DNA of 64,000 nt from an uncultured candidatus Porisulfidus sp. (lineage in GTDB: Bacteria > Pseudomonadota > Gammaproteobacteria > Poriferisulfidales > Poriferisulfidaceae): contig OY764335.1 in the NCBI GenBank assembly GCA_963668445.1, positions 1,022,083 through 1,086,082 of the forward strand, read 5' to 3'. Position 1 is the stretch's first letter. The number at the start of each line of letters is the position of its first letter. Of the stretch, positions 59,546-64,000 are shown piece after piece. A model generated the notes under the pieces. The model had not been told where the DNA came from. It searched no databases and saw only the letters and a program-made list of their open reading frames with translations. Both the position numbers and the translations under genes were made by a program.

Positions 59546-59982
59546 CAGTCGCGTCCCTCGCCCAAAATATTCCGAAGCCGCCGCTGCTCGGTCTCCGACA
59601 AGCGGTTCGGCGCTTGCGCATGGCTGCGGCGGATCCGCCGCACCAGCAGCCCCGCAGCCAGCAGCAGCAGCAGGAACGGCCCGATCCACAGTGCGGCTGT
59701 GCGCCACGTCAGCGGCGGCCGGTACAGCACGAAATCGCCGTAGCGCGCTTGCAGATGGGCCAGTATCTGCGCGTCGCTCAATCCTTGATCCATCAAGGTC
59801 CGAACGCGGCGGCGCAAGTCGCCCGCCAGTTCGGCGCTGGAATCCGCCAGCGTCTGATTCTGGCAGACCAAGCAGCGTAGTTCGTACAGCAGTGCCCGGT
59901 ACCGCTCGTCGTCCGGCGCCTCGGCGGCGAAGCAAACGCTACCGGCCAGCAGCCAGCAGCCGAGCAGGCGGACGGCATTCAT
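59545..59982 (-). CDS. ccmH: Cytochrome c maturation protein CcmH
   Basis: LRCLVCQNQ, RYGDFVLYRP. Confidence 0.93.
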   Translation of the reverse strand: MNAVRLLGCWLLAGSVCFAAEAPDDERYRALLYELRCLVCQNQTLADSSAELAGDLRRRVRTLMDQGLSDAQILAHLQARYGDFVLYRPPLTWRTAALWIGPFLLLLLAAGLLVRRIRRSHAQAPNRLSETEQRRLRNILGEGRD

Positions 59983-60497
59983 GAGCGCGACCCCCGGATG
60001 CGGGGCAGAATCTCTTCGCGCCAGGCGTCTTCGCTCAAGGCACCAATATGCTTGTAGCGGATGATGCCGTTCGCATCGATCAGGAAGGTTTCGGGGACTT
60101 TGTACACGCCGAGGTCGATGCCCACGTCGCCGTGCGCATCGAAGATGCTGGCGCGATAGGGATTGCCGTGGGCTTGCAGCCAGCGGCGGGCATCCGCCCG
60201 CGCATCGCGATGGTTGATGCCGTACAATGCGATCTGGCCGGACAGGCGCATCAGGAGCGCATGCTCCTCCAGGCAGGTCGTGCACCAACTGGCCCATACG
60301 TTCAGCAACGCCCATTCGCCGCGCAATTGCCCGGAATCGAAGAGCTGCTCCGGCGCGGCCAGCCGCTCGACCCGGAAGCTGGGCACCATGTGCCCAATCA
60401 GAGGCGAACTGACGCGCGACGGGTCGCGGGTCAAGCCGACCGCCAGCACGACGATCAGCAGCCCGAAGAGCCCCGGAGCCAGCCAACTGCGCTTCAT
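59979..60497 (-). CDS. ccmG: Thiol:disulfide oxidoreductase CcmG/DsbE
   Basis: NVWASWCTTC, GVYKVPETF, YKHIG. Confidence 0.93.
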   Translation of the reverse strand: MKRSWLAPGLFGLLIVVLAVGLTRDPSRVSSPLIGHMVPSFRVERLAAPEQLFDSGQLRGEWALLNVWASWCTTCLEEHALLMRLSGQIALYGINHRDARADARRWLQAHGNPYRASIFDAHGDVGIDLGVYKVPETFLIDANGIIRYKHIGALSEDAWREEILPRIRGSRS

Positions 60498-62452
60498 GGC
60501 CGCCTCGCGCTGCGGCGCATGCGGTAGCGCCGGTCCGACAAGGCCAGCAGACCGCCGAAGGCCATTAGCAAGGCGCCGCCCCAGAGCCACTGGATGAACG
60601 GCTTGACGTATAGCCGCACGCCCCAGCGGTCGCCGTCGGCTTGACGGCTGCCCAAAGCCGCATAGGCATCGCGCCATGGTGTGGAATGGATGGCAGCTTC
60701 GGTCATCGGCGCGGTCTGAACGCGGTAGACGCGCTTCTCCGGTCGCAATTCCGCCACGACCTGCCCGTCCTGCATGACGGTGAGGCGCCCCTGCTCGGCC
60801 ACGTAGTTGGGCCCTTCGACCTGCCGCACCCCATGGAACTCGAATTGGTGCGCGGCGAACGCCACCGTATCGCCGGGCTCCATCACCAGCTCCCGCTCGG
60901 TCGAGAAAGCGCTGGTCAGCGCGATGCCGAGCGCGACGATGCCCAAGCCGGAATGGGCGCAGGCCATGCCGATCATATGCCGCGGCAGGCGGCGCAGGCT
61001 GTAGAGGGCGTCCGTGCCGCGGCGCATGCGGGAAAACTGCCGCCATAGCGCCGTCCACACTCCGGCGACGCACCAGACTGCCAGCGCCACGGCGGCCATC
61101 GTGACCGCCGGCGCACGATCGAACAGCGCCAGCGGCAACGCCAGACCCAGCGCCAGCGCCAGCATGCCGGGCACTTGCAAGCGCCGCAGCAGTTCGCGGG
61201 AACGCACCTTCTTCCAGCGTGCGACCGGGCCGGCCGCCGCGAACAGCAGCACCAGTAGCATCAACGGCACAAATACCGTATTGAAATACGGCGGACCGAC
61301 CGACATGGACGGCAGGCCCAGCACATCCACGATCAACGGATACAAAGTACCCAGCAGAATGGCGAAGGTGGCAATCAGCAGCAGCACGTTGTTGAACAGC
61401 AGCAGGGTCTCGCGCGAAAGCAGTTCGAAATGCCCGGCGCTGCGAATGCGGTGCGCCCGCAACGCGTACAAGGTCAGTCCGCCGCCGGACACCAGTGCGA
61501 GGAAGGCCAGAATGAAGACACCGCGCGCCGGATCGTTCGCGAAGGCATGCACCGACACCAGCACCCCGGAACGCACCAGGAAGGTGCCCAGCAGGCTTAG
61601 CGAGAAGGCCAAAAGCGACAGTAGCACGGTCCAGCGCTTGAAAGCGTTGCGCTTTTCCGTGACCGCCAGCGAATGGATCAGCGCCGTGCCCGCCAGCCAT
61701 GGCATGAACGAGGCGTTTTCGACCGGATCCCAGAACCACCAGCCGCCCCAGCCGAGTTCGTGGTAGGCCCACCAGCTGCCTAGGCCGATGCCCAAGGTCA
61801 GGAACATCCAGGCCGCCACCACCCAAGGGCGCGTCCAGCGGGCCCATGCGGCGTGCAAGTCGCCGCTCCATAAGGCCGCAATGGCGAACGCGAAGGCGAC
61901 CGAGAAGCCCACATAGCCCATGTACAGCATGGGCGGATGGATGACGAGGCCCGGATCCTGCAGCAGCGGATTCAGGTCGCTGCCTTGCAAGGCCGGCGGC
62001 ACCAGCCGGTCGAACGGATTGGACGTCGCCAGCATGAAGGCCAGGAAGCCCAAGCTCACGAAGCCCAGTGTCGCCACGACGCGGGCGCGGAATCGCATCG
62101 GCAGCTGGCGGCTCAGCGCCACCACGGCGACCGTCCAGCCGGCCAGCACCAGCGCCCACAGCAGCAGGGAGCCCTCGTGCGCGCCCCACACGCCGGAAAT
62201 GCGGTACGCCAGCGGCAGGTCGAGATTGGAATTGCCGGCGACGTAGCGCACCGAGAAGTCATGCGCCACGAACGCCCACGTCAGGGCCGCATACGCGAGC
62301 AGCACCAGCAGCGCATGGCCAAGCGCCAGCGACAAGGCGCTACGCATGAGGATCGGATCGTTGCGCGCCGCGCCGACGGCCGGCAGAATCGTCTGCAGCC
62401 CGGCCAGCACGCAGGCCAGAATCAAGGCGACATGCCCGAGCGCCGGAATCAC
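60494..62452 (-). CDS. ccmF: Heme lyase CcmF
   Basis: WGAHEGS, HPPMLYMGY, WGGWWFWDPVENAS, SVHAFA. Confidence 0.96.
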   Translation of the reverse strand: MIPALGHVALILACVLAGLQTILPAVGAARNDPILMRSALSLALGHALLVLLAYAALTWAFVAHDFSVRYVAGNSNLDLPLAYRISGVWGAHEGSLLLWALVLAGWTVAVVALSRQLPMRFRARVVATLGFVSLGFLAFMLATSNPFDRLVPPALQGSDLNPLLQDPGLVIHPPMLYMGYVGFSVAFAFAIAALWSGDLHAAWARWTRPWVVAAWMFLTLGIGLGSWWAYHELGWGGWWFWDPVENASFMPWLAGTALIHSLAVTEKRNAFKRWTVLLSLLAFSLSLLGTFLVRSGVLVSVHAFANDPARGVFILAFLALVSGGGLTLYALRAHRIRSAGHFELLSRETLLLFNNVLLLIATFAILLGTLYPLIVDVLGLPSMSVGPPYFNTVFVPLMLLVLLFAAAGPVARWKKVRSRELLRRLQVPGMLALALGLALPLALFDRAPAVTMAAVALAVWCVAGVWTALWRQFSRMRRGTDALYSLRRLPRHMIGMACAHSGLGIVALGIALTSAFSTERELVMEPGDTVAFAAHQFEFHGVRQVEGPNYVAEQGRLTVMQDGQVVAELRPEKRVYRVQTAPMTEAAIHSTPWRDAYAALGSRQADGDRWGVRLYVKPFIQWLWGGALLMAFGGLLALSDRRYRMRRSARRP

Positions 62453-62898
62453 CAGGCAATCCCGAGCGGTCTGCTCTTTGCCTCGCCCAAAGCTTTCGCG
62501 ACTTCCGGCGGCATGTAGTTTTCGTCATGCTTGGCCAGCACTTCCTGCGCCACGAACACGCCGGAGGCATCCAGAGATCCCAGCGCGACGATGCCCTGCC
62601 CTTCGCGGAACAGATCCGGCAGCAGCCCCCGGTAGCGCACTGGCAGCGTATGCGCGTGGTCCGTCAAGGCGAAGCTGACGGCCAAGGAATCTTCGCCCTG
62701 CGCCACGCTGCCCTCCACGACCAGCCCGCCCAGACGGAAAGCGGCGTGCGGCGCGATCGTGCCCTCCGCCACTTGCGACGGAGTGTAGAAGTACAGCAGG
62801 TTCTGCTGGAAGGCGTACAGCATCAGGCCGACGCCGGCCCCCACGCCGGCCACGACGGCGACGGCCAGCCACAGGCGGCGGGTCTGCTGCGCGTTCAT
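62449..62898 (-). CDS. ccmE: Heme chaperone CcmE
   Basis: FRLGGLV, LPDLFREGQG, LAKHDENY. Confidence 0.95.
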   Translation of the reverse strand: MNAQQTRRLWLAVAVVAGVGAGVGLMLYAFQQNLLYFYTPSQVAEGTIAPHAAFRLGGLVVEGSVAQGEDSLAVSFALTDHAHTLPVRYRGLLPDLFREGQGIVALGSLDASGVFVAQEVLAKHDENYMPPEVAKALGEAKSRPLGIAW

Positions 62899-63041
62899 TC
62901 GGGAGCGGGGATTTTGCCGCGCCGCCATTGCCGCCGGCGCAGCCACGGTGCGAGGGCGTTGGCCAGCAGCACCAGCGCGGTCAGGCCGTAGGCACTCCAA
63001 ACATAGAACGCATAGCCGCCCATGTGCAGAAAGTCAGCCAT
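62895..63041 (-). CDS. ccmD: Heme exporter protein CcmD
   Basis: MGGYAFYVWSAYG, single TM, basic tail. Confidence 0.88.
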   Translation of the reverse strand: MADFLHMGGYAFYVWSAYGLTALVLLANALAPWLRRRQWRRGKIPAPE

Positions 63042-63771
63042 GCTGCAACTCCCGGGCCCATTGCCGGTCGGCTTCGCGCTCCAGCAGGCGCATCCGCAGG
63101 CGCGCCAGCAGCACGGTGGCGAAATACAGAAAGTACATGCCGCCCATGAACAGCAGCGGCCACAGCATGCTGGCATGCGCGGAAGGTGCGGAGAACTTGG
63201 CCACCGTCGCCCCTTGGTGCAGCGTGTTCCACCACTCCACGGAATAGTGGACGATCGGGACGTTGACCACGCCGGCCAGCGCCAGCACTGCGGCGACGCG
63301 CGCGGCCTTGCGCGGGTTGGCGATGGCGTTGTGCAGGCCCAGCACGCCGAGGTACAGGAACAGCAGGATCAGTTCCGACACCAGCCGCGCATCGCCCCAT
63401 TGCCACCAGGTGCCCCACATCGGCTTGCCCCACAGCATTCCGGTCGCCAGCGCCAGCGCCGTGAAGGAAGCACCCAGCACGGCGCATTCGTAGACGGCGA
63501 TCTCGGCGAGCTTCACGCGCCAGACGAGCGCCACAGCGCCGGCGCCGGCCATGGCGACATAGACGAACAGCGACAGCCATGCGGCCGGCACATGCACGTA
63601 GATGATGCGGTACGCCTCGCCCTGCTGATAGTCGGGCGGCGCAAGCCGCAAGCCCCAGTACAGGCCCACGGCGAAGCCCAGCGCGGTCAGCGCCGACAGC
63701 CACGGCATCCAAGCCCCGGCAATGGCGTAGAACTGCTGGGGCGAAGCGAGAAAGGCGAAGCGCTGGAACAT
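63034..63771 (-). CDS. ccmC: Heme exporter protein CcmC
   Basis: IIYVHVPAAW, WGKPMWGTWW.WGDAR, VEWWNTLHQ. Confidence 0.95.
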   Translation of the reverse strand: MFQRFAFLASPQQFYAIAGAWMPWLSALTALGFAVGLYWGLRLAPPDYQQGEAYRIIYVHVPAAWLSLFVYVAMAGAGAVALVWRVKLAEIAVYECAVLGASFTALALATGMLWGKPMWGTWWQWGDARLVSELILLFLYLGVLGLHNAIANPRKAARVAAVLALAGVVNVPIVHYSVEWWNTLHQGATVAKFSAPSAHASMLWPLLFMGGMYFLYFATVLLARLRMRLLEREADRQWARELQHG

Positions 63772-63792
63772 TGCGGCCTATTTTAATTTTTT

Positions 63793-64000
63793 TTACTCTT
63801 GCCCGGCGCGCAGCGCCTCGGCGACCGCGAGCGGCGCCAGACTGAACGCCAGGCACGCGAGCCCGCCCAGCAGTGCCAAAGCGCCGCCGGCCGGCCGGCC
63901 CTCCAGCGCCGCATGCACGGCACTCGAGCCGAACAGCAGCACGGGCACGTAGAACGGCAGCACGATCAGGGCCAGCAGCATGCCGCCGCGCGGCAGGCCG
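63793..64000 (-). CDS. ccmB: Heme exporter protein CcmB, C-terminal part
   Basis: GGMLLALIVLPFYVPVLLFG; upstream of ccmC; truncated by the window end. Confidence 0.85.
   Translation of the reverse strand, partial: GLPRGGMLLALIVLPFYVPVLLFGSSAVHAALEGRPAGGALALLGGLACLAFSLAPLAVAEALRAGQE

Noticed and set aside
59979-62189. 736-aa ORF appearing to extend CcmG
   Set aside because: The upstream part is an alternative frame inside ccmF; real CcmG starts at 60497 with an ATGA overlap. The same applies to apparent extensions of tyrS, anmK, tadA, lolC/E, ccmH and ccmI.
1-64000. CRISPR arrays, IS/transposases, prophage genes, rRNA and tRNA
   Set aside because: No spaced repeats, terminal inverted repeats, transposase/integrase motifs or RNA signatures other than tmRNA were found.

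Overview
Core-genome-like window from a GC-rich proteobacterium, most likely gammaproteobacterial (nrdR-rib-nusB-thiL-pgpA order, tmRNA tag ANDDNYALAA, Ccm system I). Left to right: the start of a tetrahydromethanopterin (H4MPT) C1-transfer cluster (mptG, mtdB, orfY, mch, RimK-like ligase, CitG-like), purL, a decayed autotransporter remnant, tmRNA, ferredoxin plus an orphan AddB-like nuclease, family-4 UDG, leuA with a candidate leader peptide, a TraB/GumN protein, a Liv-type ABC operon headed by a motif-degenerate acyl-CoA synthetase, guaB-guaA-tadA, a DUF2723 glycosyltransferase, a three-gene bufferin-type (MNIO) RiPP cluster, tyrS, M23-anmK, erpA, an Lpp/OprI-like lipoprotein facing an L,D-transpeptidase, a DUF6580 membrane protein coupled to an unknown secreted tandem beta-barrel protein, the glyA-nrdR-rib-nusB-thiL-pgpA run extended by a PA0069 radical SAM, Mug and a hydrolase, the lipid A/Kdo operon with a single-ORF MsbA-LpxK fusion, DUF2062/UDG-like, lolD-lolC/E and ccmB-I. 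No transposon, prophage, CRISPR array, rRNA or tRNA was found. Best leads for something undescribed: the MsbA-LpxK fusion, the DUF6580 plus beta-barrel pair under an extreme AT-rich direct-repeat element, the minimal bufferin cluster, the apparently pseudo-enzymatic acyl-CoA ligase, the lumazine synthase with a 20-aa loop insertion and acidic tail, and the radical SAM-Mug pair. All family assignments come from recognising motifs by eye; no database search was run.
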